Shown: piece after piece, positions 48,411 to 56,351 of the stretch
How positions within the stretch are numbered: the first letter of the stretch is position 1
Layout of the letters: each line of letters opens with the position of its first letter
NCBI GenBank assembly: GCA_016192685.1
Contig: JACPTS010000001.1
Location: 311,647 to 375,646 of the forward strand
DNA: 64,000 nucleotides
From: Candidatus Harrisonbacteria bacterium
Lineage (GTDB): Bacteria > Patescibacteriota > Minisyncoccia > UBA6257 > 02-FULL-45-10c
Reading direction: 5' to 3'
The notes under the pieces: model-generated
The model's database searches: none
What the model was told of the DNA's origin: nothing
The model's input: only the letters and a program-made list of their open reading frames with translations
Made by a program: the position numbers and the translations under genes

Positions 48411-48580
48411 GCTCCGCCTCTCTGTTGTGCGGCAACTACGGAGCCGCTAAAAGCTTGGCCTTCTACCTAACTATCTGACGATCGTCAGATAGTTAGGTAG
48501 AAGTTTTGGCAGCGAGGCGTAGGCGGCGCCGACCACAGGAGTCGGCGAACGCCGGTGCCGGTAAACAGAGAGGCGGAGCG
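48411..48580 (-). repeat. structured repeat element, copy F (inverted relative to E)
   Basis: perfect 16-bp flanks gctccgcctctctgtt / aacagagaggcggagc; reverse complement has TACCGGCACCGGCG, GCCTACGCCTCGC, 70-nt palindromic hairpin centred on gacgatcgtc, GCTCCGTAGTTGCCGCAC. Confidence 0.9.
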
Positions 48581-48600
48581 ATTTGTTGTATAATTAAAAT

Positions 48601-49911
48601 ATGAACTTTTCTCGTTCCCAGCTTGTTATTCTTGGTTCAGTGCTTTTTATTGTTCTTCTTTTGGTTGGCATTTTTACCGGAGTTTTGCCGGGTACCCGCC
48701 AACTCCGGGAAAAACCGCCGGAATTGACTCTGGCTGTCTGGGGAATTGATGAACAAGAATTATTTTTGGAAAATATCAATGCTTACGAAACTCTTCGGCC
48801 GAATGTCCGGGTGGATTACGAAGAATTGGACCCGGCCACTTATGAAGAGAGGATTATTAACGCGCTGGCTGCTGGCGCCGGGCCGGATATTATAATGTTC
48901 CATAATTCCTGGCTGCCGAAACACTATAATAAAATCGTGCCGGTTGGCGACACCCAGCTTAACCTTAAAACCCTGAAAGAAATCTTTCCGGCTGTTGTGG
49001 AACAAGATTTCGCGCCAGACGGGAAAATCCGGGCGCTTCCATTATATATAGATACCCTGGCGTTGTTTTATAATCAGGATACTTTTGATAAAAACGGCAT
49101 TGCTGTTCCGCCAAAAGACTGGCTGGATTTTCAGAATCTTTTGCCGAAATTGCGCGAACGCGACGGTTCCGGCCGAATCACTAAAGCCGGAGCGGCCATC
49201 GGCGGCTCCGAAAAAACCATTGCCAAGTCCGCGGATTTGCTGATGCTTCTGATGCTTCAAGCCGGCGCCAAAATGACCGATGATGGATTTAGCCAAGCTA
49301 CTTTTGCCAGCAATGTCGGCGGCCAACTGCCCGGCATTGACGCTTTAAATTTTTACGCCAAATTCAGCGATCCCCGGGATAATTATTACACCTGGAATGA
49401 TGGCTTGGAATATTCCCTGGACAGTTTTTCGCGCGGCAACGCGACAATGATTTTCCATTACGCGAGAGAACGGAAAAATATTAAAAGTAAAAATCCTTTC
49501 CTCAATTTTAAAACCGCGGAAATGCCTCAGCCGACCGGCGCGGAAAAAGCCGTTAATTACCCGGATTACTGGGGATTGGCGGTTACCAATAACAGCAAAA
49601 ATCCGGACTGGGCCTGGGATTTGATTCTTTATTTGACCGCCAATGATGCCGCCGCGGAAACTTATTTAAAAACTGCTGACCGGCCGCCGGCGCTCCGTTC
49701 TTTAATCCAAAAATACGCTAACCATCCGGAACTCGGCGCTTTTACCAAGCAAGCGCTTTCCGCCCGTTCCTGGCCGCAAATTGATAAAGATGCCATCCGG
49801 CTGATTTTTTCCGATATGATTCAGGCGGTAATCAGCGGCCAGTTGGATTCCCAGGCCGCCGCGGCGCAGGCAGAACGGCAAGTAACCGAATTAATGAAAT
49901 CTCGCCGGTAA
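48601..49911 (+). CDS. ABC-transporter extracellular solute-binding protein (family 1, sugar-type)
   Basis: 436 aa; N-terminal TM anchor; SBP_bac_1-like sequence. Confidence 0.6.
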   Translation: MNFSRSQLVILGSVLFIVLLLVGIFTGVLPGTRQLREKPPELTLAVWGIDEQELFLENINAYETLRPNVRVDYEELDPATYEERIINALAAGAGPDIIMFHNSWLPKHYNKIVPVGDTQLNLKTLKEIFPAVVEQDFAPDGKIRALPLYIDTLALFYNQDTFDKNGIAVPPKDWLDFQNLLPKLRERDGSGRITKAGAAIGGSEKTIAKSADLLMLLMLQAGAKMTDDGFSQATFASNVGGQLPGIDALNFYAKFSDPRDNYYTWNDGLEYSLDSFSRGNATMIFHYARERKNIKSKNPFLNFKTAEMPQPTGAEKAVNYPDYWGLAVTNNSKNPDWAWDLILYLTANDAAAETYLKTADRPPALRSLIQKYANHPELGAFTKQALSARSWPQIDKDAIRLIFSDMIQAVISGQLDSQAAAAQAERQVTELMKSRR

Positions 49912-49925
49912 TTCGCGTTTCTTTC

Positions 49926-50065
49926 GCTTTGCTTATTTGCCTACCGGCACCGGCGTCGTTCCGCTCCTGCGGCGGAACGCGCCTACGCCTCGCTCCGAAA
50001 TTTTCGCTTCGCGAAAGCCAAGCATTTCGGAGCTCCGTAGTTGCCGTACGACAAACAAGCAAAGC
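49926..50065 (+). repeat. structured repeat element, copy G
   Basis: flanks gctttgcttatttg / caaacaagcaaagc; core nearly identical to copy B. Confidence 0.9.
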
Positions 50066-50091
50066 TTAATAATTTCATATATAATTAAATT

Positions 50092-50481
50092 ATGAAAAAA
50101 ATAAAGAAAAAATATTATTTTCTACTTTCTACTTTCTACTTTCTAACTACCCAAATGGCGCTCGCCCAAGGTTTAGTGCCTTGTTCCGGCCTCGATTGCA
50201 CGCTCTGCGATTTTTTGGTTCTCGCAAAAAATTTAATTGATTTAATGCTTAAATGGGGGGTGGCTTTGGCGGCGCTATTTTTTGCCTGGGGCGCTTTTGT
50301 TATAATGACAGCAGGCGGATCAGAGGAAAAAGTAACCGAAGGAAGAAAAATTATGACTACGGTTGCGGTCGGAGTTTTAATCGCTTTTACCGCCTGGCTC
50401 ATTATCGGCACCTTAATGCAAGTTTTAACTAATTCGCCGTCAAAATTACCGTGGAATCAAATTCAATGCACGCTCAAATAA
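50092..50481 (+). CDS. TrbC/VirB2-like pilin paralog 1
   Basis: 129 aa; long signal/leader, two hydrophobic helices separated by the conserved loop TAGGSEEKVTEGRK. Confidence 0.45.
   Translation: MKKIKKKYYFLLSTFYFLTTQMALAQGLVPCSGLDCTLCDFLVLAKNLIDLMLKWGVALAALFFAWGAFVIMTAGGSEEKVTEGRKIMTTVAVGVLIAFTAWLIIGTLMQVLTNSPSKLPWNQIQCTLK
50120..50147 (+). repeat. 7-nt tandem repeat (TTCTACT)x3 + TTCTAAC inside the signal-peptide coding region of pilin paralog 1
   Basis: direct reading; unit length is not a multiple of 3. Confidence 0.8.
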
Positions 50482-50915
50482 AAAAAAATAATTACCAAAT
50501 TATTTTGCTATTATTCTTTTTGGTATTTTTATTATTTTTACCAATTTTTACTAATGCCCAACAAGCTGGTCCTTCGCTAGATGGCAGCGGCGGAACCAGA
50601 ATTGAAGGTCCGGGAGGAACTGCCAAAAGCGGCGGCAGCGGCATTCAGCCGATTCGCCTTCCCAATCCGCTTCAGGCAAATACTTTTCAGGAATTGATTG
50701 GGCGAGTAGTTAATTTCCTTTTGGCAATCGGCGCGCCAATCCTTGTTTTGATGATTATTATCGGCGCCTTTCAGATAATGACCGGTGCCGGCAATCCGGA
50801 AAACATCACCAAGGGAAGGCAAACTATTACTTACGCGATAATCGGCTACGCGCTTTTACTGCTGTCTAAGGGCATTACTCTTATTATTGAGCAATTGCTT
50901 GGTGTGAATAAATAA
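50451..50915 (+). CDS. TrbC/VirB2-like pilin paralog 2 (Gly-rich N-terminal extension)
   Basis: 154 aa; GAFQIMTGAGNPENITKGRQ loop between two hydrophobic helices; true start may be ATG 50466. Confidence 0.45.
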   Translation: MESNSMHAQIKKNNYQIILLLFFLVFLLFLPIFTNAQQAGPSLDGSGGTRIEGPGGTAKSGGSGIQPIRLPNPLQANTFQELIGRVVNFLLAIGAPILVLMIIIGAFQIMTGAGNPENITKGRQTITYAIIGYALLLLSKGITLIIEQLLGVNK

Positions 50916-50984
50916 TTGTGTTATAATATTCAATGAAAGGTCGATTTGTGTTTTATACACGATATAATACGAATCTACGAAATT

Positions 50985-51329
50985 ATGAAAAATTTAACTA
51001 AAAAAATCGCAATTTTAACTTCTATCGCCTTGCCGGTTTTAGTTTTAGCTCAAGGAATTATTCCTTCGCCTAATGTCCCGGTTACCGGCGTTCGCTCTCT
51101 TGATGATTTAAGCAGAATTTTTGTCACTTTAGTAAATTGGGTTACCGGATTATTTTTTGTAACCGCCATTCTTTTCCTTTTCTATGCCGCTTATCTTTAT
51201 CTTGGCGCGGCAGGAGACCCGGAAAAACTTACTCAAGCCAAAAATCAGCTGATTTATTCAGTAATTGCCATCACGGTGGCATTACTTGCGGGTAGCGTAA
51301 GATTCATTGTAGAAAATATTTTAAGATAG
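50985..51329 (+). CDS. TrbC/VirB2-like pilin paralog 3
   Basis: MKNLTKKIAILTSIALPVLVLAQG signal; LGAAGDPEKLTQAKNQ loop; ORF-track start 50946 is probably too early. Confidence 0.45.
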   Translation: MKNLTKKIAILTSIALPVLVLAQGIIPSPNVPVTGVRSLDDLSRIFVTLVNWVTGLFFVTAILFLFYAAYLYLGAAGDPEKLTQAKNQLIYSVIAITVALLAGSVRFIVENILR

Positions 51330-51379
51330 AAAAAACCCGTCAAGTCAGACTTGACGGGTTTTTGATTTTTTAATTTACT

Positions 51380-51859
51380 TTATTTCACAAGTTTAAATCT
51401 TGCCTCACCGGGGTCGCCACGCAAGCGCATCCGGGTCGGAAAAACAATTGGCCGTCCCGCATCTTTGGCTGTAACTTCTTTAACCAAAAAGCAATCCTGA
51501 TTGTTTTCCCTTTTGCATTCGTAAATTTCTGTAGTGCCCGGAAAAGAATATCGCAAGCTTCCCATTGCTAAATCCGAAGGCAGAACCATAAGTTCCGATA
51601 AACAATTCCAATTTTGTAATTGCCTTACAGAATTATCTTTTCTAGAAAGTCTTGCGTTTTTTGTTCCTTCGCAAATCGGCAATCGTGACGATTTAATAGA
51701 TGGCAAAGAGTCGCCGGAAGGACGAGGTGGAGAATTAAATTTTCTTACAAAATAGTGAATACTTTCAGAAAGTCCCCCGATAATCATTAAGGCAATAGCG
51801 ATGGCAATACCGATTTTGAAAACCCGATTGCTGATTACTCCCCGCTCTTCTTTTTGCAT
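51380..51859 (-). CDS. hypothetical membrane-anchored protein
   Basis: 159 aa; N-terminal TM; overlaps the SPFH gene start/stop. Confidence 0.4.
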   Translation of the reverse strand: MQKEERGVISNRVFKIGIAIAIALMIIGGLSESIHYFVRKFNSPPRPSGDSLPSIKSSRLPICEGTKNARLSRKDNSVRQLQNWNCLSELMVLPSDLAMGSLRYSFPGTTEIYECKRENNQDCFLVKEVTAKDAGRPIVFPTRMRLRGDPGEARFKLVK

Positions 51860-52731
51860 TATTTGCCTCCGCCGATGTTGACATTCAAGCCTTTGAGGCC
51901 CTCGACGCTGATAACTTTTTTTTCTGCCCTTTTCAAAGAAACCTGGGAAGCATTAACTGCTTCTTGCCCGCTTAACCCCTCAAGCTCTTGAAAGGATTTC
52001 GCGAGAAGAATTTCTTCTTGCGCCGCTTTCCGTAAAAATTCCGCATTTTTTTTAGCTTCCATGGCTTTTTTCGTTTCTTCGGTATATTCAACGCTCGCGA
52101 GATTATATAATTTTGCGTCCAATCCATACGCCTCTTCTATGTGGGAGCGGCGCGGGTCGAATATTTCTCTCCTAAGACTTTTTTGAATTTCTTTTAAATA
52201 TTTTTTATAAAAGCCGATTCTTTTTTCCGGGGGAATAGAGCCGCCAGCCGTTTTTACTTCCGGATACTTATTTTGCCGATGGGGCATAATTGCCAGCCGC
52301 AACCGGCAATTAATAATCGTTCTTAACACTTCTCTTTCAGAAATAAAAGCTTCTCCTTCTTTAAGGCCGGCTAAAACGCCGATTTCGTCTTTAATTGAAT
52401 CTTCCAAGGCCTTTTTCTGCTGAATCTTAGTCAGGTCATACTGAAACAAAAGGTCAAAATCAGGGACTGATTCCAGGGAGCCGGTAACTTTTATTCCTAG
52501 CATATCTTTACTGGTTACAATTACGATTATTTCCAACCTATCAAGTTCGGCGCTGTATAACTGCGTTTTTTCCACAAAAGGAAACATAAAGGCCAGACCC
52601 TCCTTTTCTTTGCGCCATCTCCATCCGAAAAGATTAAAGACGGCATAATATTTAGCCGGAACTTCATAAAGCGCATAGCGTACAGTCAATAATGATAAAA
52701 ATAAAACGGCTCCGATAGTAATCAAGATCAT
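51859..52731 (-). CDS. SPFH/band-7 domain protein
   Basis: 290 aa; N-terminal TM followed by SPFH-like core and coiled-coil tail. Confidence 0.55.
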   Translation of the reverse strand: MILITIGAVLFLSLLTVRYALYEVPAKYYAVFNLFGWRWRKEKEGLAFMFPFVEKTQLYSAELDRLEIIVIVTSKDMLGIKVTGSLESVPDFDLLFQYDLTKIQQKKALEDSIKDEIGVLAGLKEGEAFISEREVLRTIINCRLRLAIMPHRQNKYPEVKTAGGSIPPEKRIGFYKKYLKEIQKSLRREIFDPRRSHIEEAYGLDAKLYNLASVEYTEETKKAMEAKKNAEFLRKAAQEEILLAKSFQELEGLSGQEAVNASQVSLKRAEKKVISVEGLKGLNVNIGGGK

Positions 52732-52852
52732 TTTTCTCCTCCTTTGATTTTCAATTCGCCCTGTAAATCAGGACTTTCTACTACTCATAAAATAGCATAA
52801 AAGAAATCGTTTGTCAAAATGGGAAAAATATCCTAGGATATATTTATAAAAT

Positions 52853-52935
52853 GCTCTCGTGGCGGAAATGGAATACGCGCAGCGCTTAGGACGCTGTCCC
52901 GCAAGGGTTAGAGGTTCGAATCCTCTCGAGAGCAC
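52853..52935 (+). tRNA. tRNA-Leu(TAG)
   Basis: class II tRNA, anticodon loop cuUAGga, long variable arm; the overlapping ORF 52886..53335 is spurious. Confidence 0.75.
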
Positions 52936-53018
52936 CGCTTGCGCTTGACGCTCTTTTTTTAATTGCTATAATACTTTCAGACTTATTTTGATAGAGAAAA
53001 AAGGAAAGGAGGAAAAAG

Positions 53019-54053
53019 ATGAAAGTAATCCAGGCAGAATATATTTGGCTGGACGGGCAGAAGCCGACAGCGAAACTTCGCTCAAAAACGAAGATTATTG
53101 AAGAACCCGGAAGGAAATTGGAAGCGATTCCCGAATGGGGATTTGACGGTTCAAGCACCGAGCAGGCGACAGGCAGTTTCAGCGACTGCGCTCTTTTTCC
53201 AGTGGCTTTTTTTAAAGACCCGATCCGTGGCGGAGCGAATATTCTTGTAATGTGCGAGGTGATGAATCCGGACGGAACGCCCCATTCATCCAATACTCGG
53301 GCAAGGTTGACTAAAGCGGCAGAAAAATATCGCAATCACGACCCACTCTTCGGAATTGAACAGGAATACACGCTTTATGATAAAGATGGCGTTCGTCCGC
53401 TTCGTTGGCCGGAGGGTTCGGGATTTCCCGCGCCCCAAGGCCGTTATTATTGCGGCGTTGGCTCTGATGAGGTTTACGGGCGTGAATTAATTGAAGCGCA
53501 CACTAAAGCCTGCCTTGAAGCTGGTATTTTAATTTGCGGCACAAATGCCGAAGTAATGCCTGCCCAATGGGAATTTCAAGTTGGGCCGCTCGGCCCGCTT
53601 GAAGCCGGAGACCATTTGTGGGCGGCTCGCTGGCTTCTTTACCGGCTGGGTGAAAACTTGGGCATAAGCGCCAAACTTGACCCAAAACCGATTGCCGGCG
53701 ACTGGAACGGCGCCGGCGCTCATACTAATTTCAGCACTAAAGCGATGCGCGAAAATGGCGGCCTGAAAGTTATTGAAGCCGCGTGCAAAAAACTGGGGCA
53801 GTTCCATAAAGAACATATTGCTGTTTATGGCGCCGATAACGACAGGCGTCTCACCGGCAAACACGAAACCTGCGGCATTAATGAATTCCGTTACGGCGTT
53901 AGCGACCGCGGCGCTTCTATCCGAATTCCGATGGCAACCGCCAATGCCGGATGCGGATATCTGGAAGACCGGCGGCCGGCAGCCAATATGGACCCCTATC
54001 TGGTACTGACTGCTCTTTTGGAAACTGTTTGCGGAGAAGGATTTGAAGGATGA
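53019..54053 (+). CDS. glutamine synthetase, type II-like
   Basis: 344 aa; YIWLDGQ and FDGSSTEQA N-terminal motifs typical of GSII; catalytic domain. Confidence 0.65.
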   Translation: MKVIQAEYIWLDGQKPTAKLRSKTKIIEEPGRKLEAIPEWGFDGSSTEQATGSFSDCALFPVAFFKDPIRGGANILVMCEVMNPDGTPHSSNTRARLTKAAEKYRNHDPLFGIEQEYTLYDKDGVRPLRWPEGSGFPAPQGRYYCGVGSDEVYGRELIEAHTKACLEAGILICGTNAEVMPAQWEFQVGPLGPLEAGDHLWAARWLLYRLGENLGISAKLDPKPIAGDWNGAGAHTNFSTKAMRENGGLKVIEAACKKLGQFHKEHIAVYGADNDRRLTGKHETCGINEFRYGVSDRGASIRIPMATANAGCGYLEDRRPAANMDPYLVLTALLETVCGEGFEG

Positions 54054-54063
54054 TTTTAAAGTA

Positions 54064-54090
54064 AAAACCCCATAGCGGGGTTTTTTTTAT
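54064..54090. terminator. bidirectional intrinsic terminator
   Basis: aaaccccatagcggggtttttttt. Confidence 0.6.
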
Positions 54091-55088
54091 AATTCTTTTT
54101 CCAGTCGCTCTTTGGCAAATCTCTCTACTTCTGTTTCGCGCCTTTCCATTGCTGTTTTAATATCTCCTAAATTAAATTCAGCGGTATCAAGAGTAGCTAC
54201 GGGATTAAATGGAGTGAAGACTATAGTTTTTCTTTTTATTATCATTCTCTCCGTTATTGATTCCGGATTCAGGGGATTGATGGCGTCAATGGCATCGCCT
54301 AAAACGTTTTTTATAACACTTTTCTTATTGACCTCCATATCTTCAAAGTGGCGGCTGGGATTTTCTTCTATTAATTGATATCCGCTATTGATGGCATGTT
54401 TGATGTCTTTAACGATTGATTGCCGGACCGACCTTCTCATAGTGGCAATTTGTTTTTTTTGCCAAAACTTTTTTCTTAATAGAAGATCAGAGCCGTCCAG
54501 ACGATGATTGATTAAAAGAAAAATATTATCCATTTTATTTTCTATAGAATTGGCTATGCTGCAAGTGAGGCCATCGCTATAAAATTCTCCGTCTATTTCA
54601 ACTTCCGGAAGCAGCATTCCCAGACTGGCGGAAGCTAAAATACCTAAATTCAGCCGTTCGGGAGTCATCCCTTCATCTTTATTGGAAAATGGCACGTTAA
54701 TTCCCAGACTTTCATTATGGGTTACGGCAATATATTTGCCTTTCCAGTCAATTATTTTTTTAGCGTTGACATAGCGGCTAATCAATTCTTTTATTCCTTC
54801 ATTATCATATAAATTGGGACCGGTATAATGCGGCACATTTTTCCAATTACTACTTCGGAAAATGCTTTGCGGCCCCATTTTTTCAATTTCCAAGCCGACG
54901 TTAATTAATTTGTCAATATCAAAATCATGGCTTATGTCGATGGCTAAAAGGAGCGCGCCAGCTGAGACTCCTTCCATTACCTCTATATTGGAACATTTTT
55001 TGTGAAGGTATTTTAACGGCCCGACGCTATGGAATACTGAAAATCCGCCGCCGTAAGCGTGAACGGAAGTTCGGCCCTCAAAGCGCAT
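54087..55088 (-). CDS. patatin-like phospholipase
   Basis: 333 aa; GGGxxxxG oxyanion motif and GVSAG (GxSxG) nucleophile elbow. Confidence 0.65.
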   Translation of the reverse strand: MRFEGRTSVHAYGGGFSVFHSVGPLKYLHKKCSNIEVMEGVSAGALLLAIDISHDFDIDKLINVGLEIEKMGPQSIFRSSNWKNVPHYTGPNLYDNEGIKELISRYVNAKKIIDWKGKYIAVTHNESLGINVPFSNKDEGMTPERLNLGILASASLGMLLPEVEIDGEFYSDGLTCSIANSIENKMDNIFLLINHRLDGSDLLLRKKFWQKKQIATMRRSVRQSIVKDIKHAINSGYQLIEENPSRHFEDMEVNKKSVIKNVLGDAIDAINPLNPESITERMIIKRKTIVFTPFNPVATLDTAEFNLGDIKTAMERRETEVERFAKERLEKEL

Positions 55089-55162
55089 TTTTTATTTTCA
55101 AGGGGCAAATTTATTAATCTTAAAATAATCTAAAATCGGAAAAAAGACAATATCAAATTAAA

Positions 55163-55188
55163 ACTCCCCCGCTTTGCGGGGGAGTTCT
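55163..55188 (-). terminator. intrinsic terminator of the sHSP gene
   Basis: aactcccccgc-tttgc-gggggagtt. Confidence 0.6.
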
Positions 55189-55688
55189 TAATGCAAGTTT
55201 ACTTTCAGTTTTTTAGATTTCTGGCGGTTGATTTTGGGCATTCGGATAGTGAGAACGCCGTTTTTAAGCGCCGCCGTAGATTCATCCGGGTCTACTTCTT
55301 GGGGGAGAATAACAGAACGGGAAAATTTTCCCCAATAACATTCCTGGTAAAAATAGTCTTCATCGGAAATTTTCTTTTCCCGCTCTCTTTTCCCGCGGAT
55401 AGTTACCGATTCCGACGAAATATCAATGTCTAAATTGTCCGGATCCACTCCGGCAATGGTTGATTCTACCACGATTTCTTCCGGAGTCTGATAAACATCA
55501 ATGGTTAGCTGGCCCTCGCCCTCTTCCATTAATTCCGCCAGACCCTCCCGCGATTTTTTAGAAACTTTTTTTTCCGGTTCCACTGACAGGTGGGTGGTTT
55601 TGGCGAGCTCCACGTGCGGCTCTAATTGCACTTCTTCTTCGGCGGAGTGCGATAATTCTTCAAAAAATTTTTTGGAATCATTATCCAT
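55188..55688 (-). CDS. small heat-shock protein (Hsp20/alpha-crystallin)
   Basis: 166 aa; alpha-crystallin domain (GVLTIRMPK). Confidence 0.8.
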   Translation of the reverse strand: MDNDSKKFFEELSHSAEEEVQLEPHVELAKTTHLSVEPEKKVSKKSREGLAELMEEGEGQLTIDVYQTPEEIVVESTIAGVDPDNLDIDISSESVTIRGKREREKKISDEDYFYQECYWGKFSRSVILPQEVDPDESTAALKNGVLTIRMPKINRQKSKKLKVNLH

Positions 55689-56341
55689 TATTTTATATGC
55701 TTTAACTTCTCAAAATCGTATAAAATGAATAAGGCGGCGACAATCAGAAAGGTGGTTGGAATTACCACCGGTTCAAACCTTATTATAAGGTAGTTAAAGA
55801 TAGTATGCAATAAGGTAGCGAGTGCAAAACCTGTGAATAACAGCGACTGCCGATTTTCTAATATGGAACGGGCCCAGTAATATCCCAATAGGCCGGACCC
55901 TAAAGTATGCAGCAGGGTGGCGCCGATGAATCTTAGAGTAGCGGTTTCAAAAAAAATTTCTTGGGCTTTGAAGGCGGCCGCCACATTTTCTACTGCCGCA
56001 AAACCAAGGGCGGCAACAATAATATAAATCATCGCGTCCACCGGTTCGTCAAAATCGCCGAGATGCTGGCTGATTACCGCCCGGGCGGATAAAAATTTAA
56101 ATAATTCTTCAATGGCGGCCAGGCCAAAGAAAGAAAGGAGGCTGTATTGGGCGATTCCGTATGGCTGAACCAAGCCATTAAAAAAATATTGAGCTCCAAG
56201 GACGATAAGGGTAATGCCGGCTCCGGCAAGGAAGGTCTCAAAAATAAGCGGTTTTGGTTCCGGGTGCGGATCTTCCTCCAAATAAAAAACCAGCCACGCG
56301 AAAGAAGGAAGAAGACCGAGAATTAGAGGCAGGTAAGGCAT
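55688..56341 (-). CDS. PrsW-family intramembrane protease-like protein
   Basis: 217 aa polytopic; EELFKF and two His-containing helices. Confidence 0.45.
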   Translation of the reverse strand: MPYLPLILGLLPSFAWLVFYLEEDPHPEPKPLIFETFLAGAGITLIVLGAQYFFNGLVQPYGIAQYSLLSFFGLAAIEELFKFLSARAVISQHLGDFDEPVDAMIYIIVAALGFAAVENVAAAFKAQEIFFETATLRFIGATLLHTLGSGLLGYYWARSILENRQSLLFTGFALATLLHTIFNYLIIRFEPVVIPTTFLIVAALFILYDFEKLKHIK

Positions 56342-56351
56342 TTAATTAGTT

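Noticed and set aside
15111-50065. Considered whether the conserved repeat copies form a CRISPR array or integron attC sites
   Set aside because: The copies are irregularly spaced over 35 kb and sit in both orientations. They are 140-190 bp long with internal hairpins. No cas genes are present, no integron-type integrase (IntI) is adjacent, and there is no R/L core-site consensus (GTTRRRY). The spacing and structure do not fit CRISPR or attC.
54087-55088. Patatin-like phospholipase as part of a CBASS/defence module
   Set aside because: No cyclase, effector or other defence genes are adjacent. It is flanked by GS-II and an sHSP with ordinary terminators.
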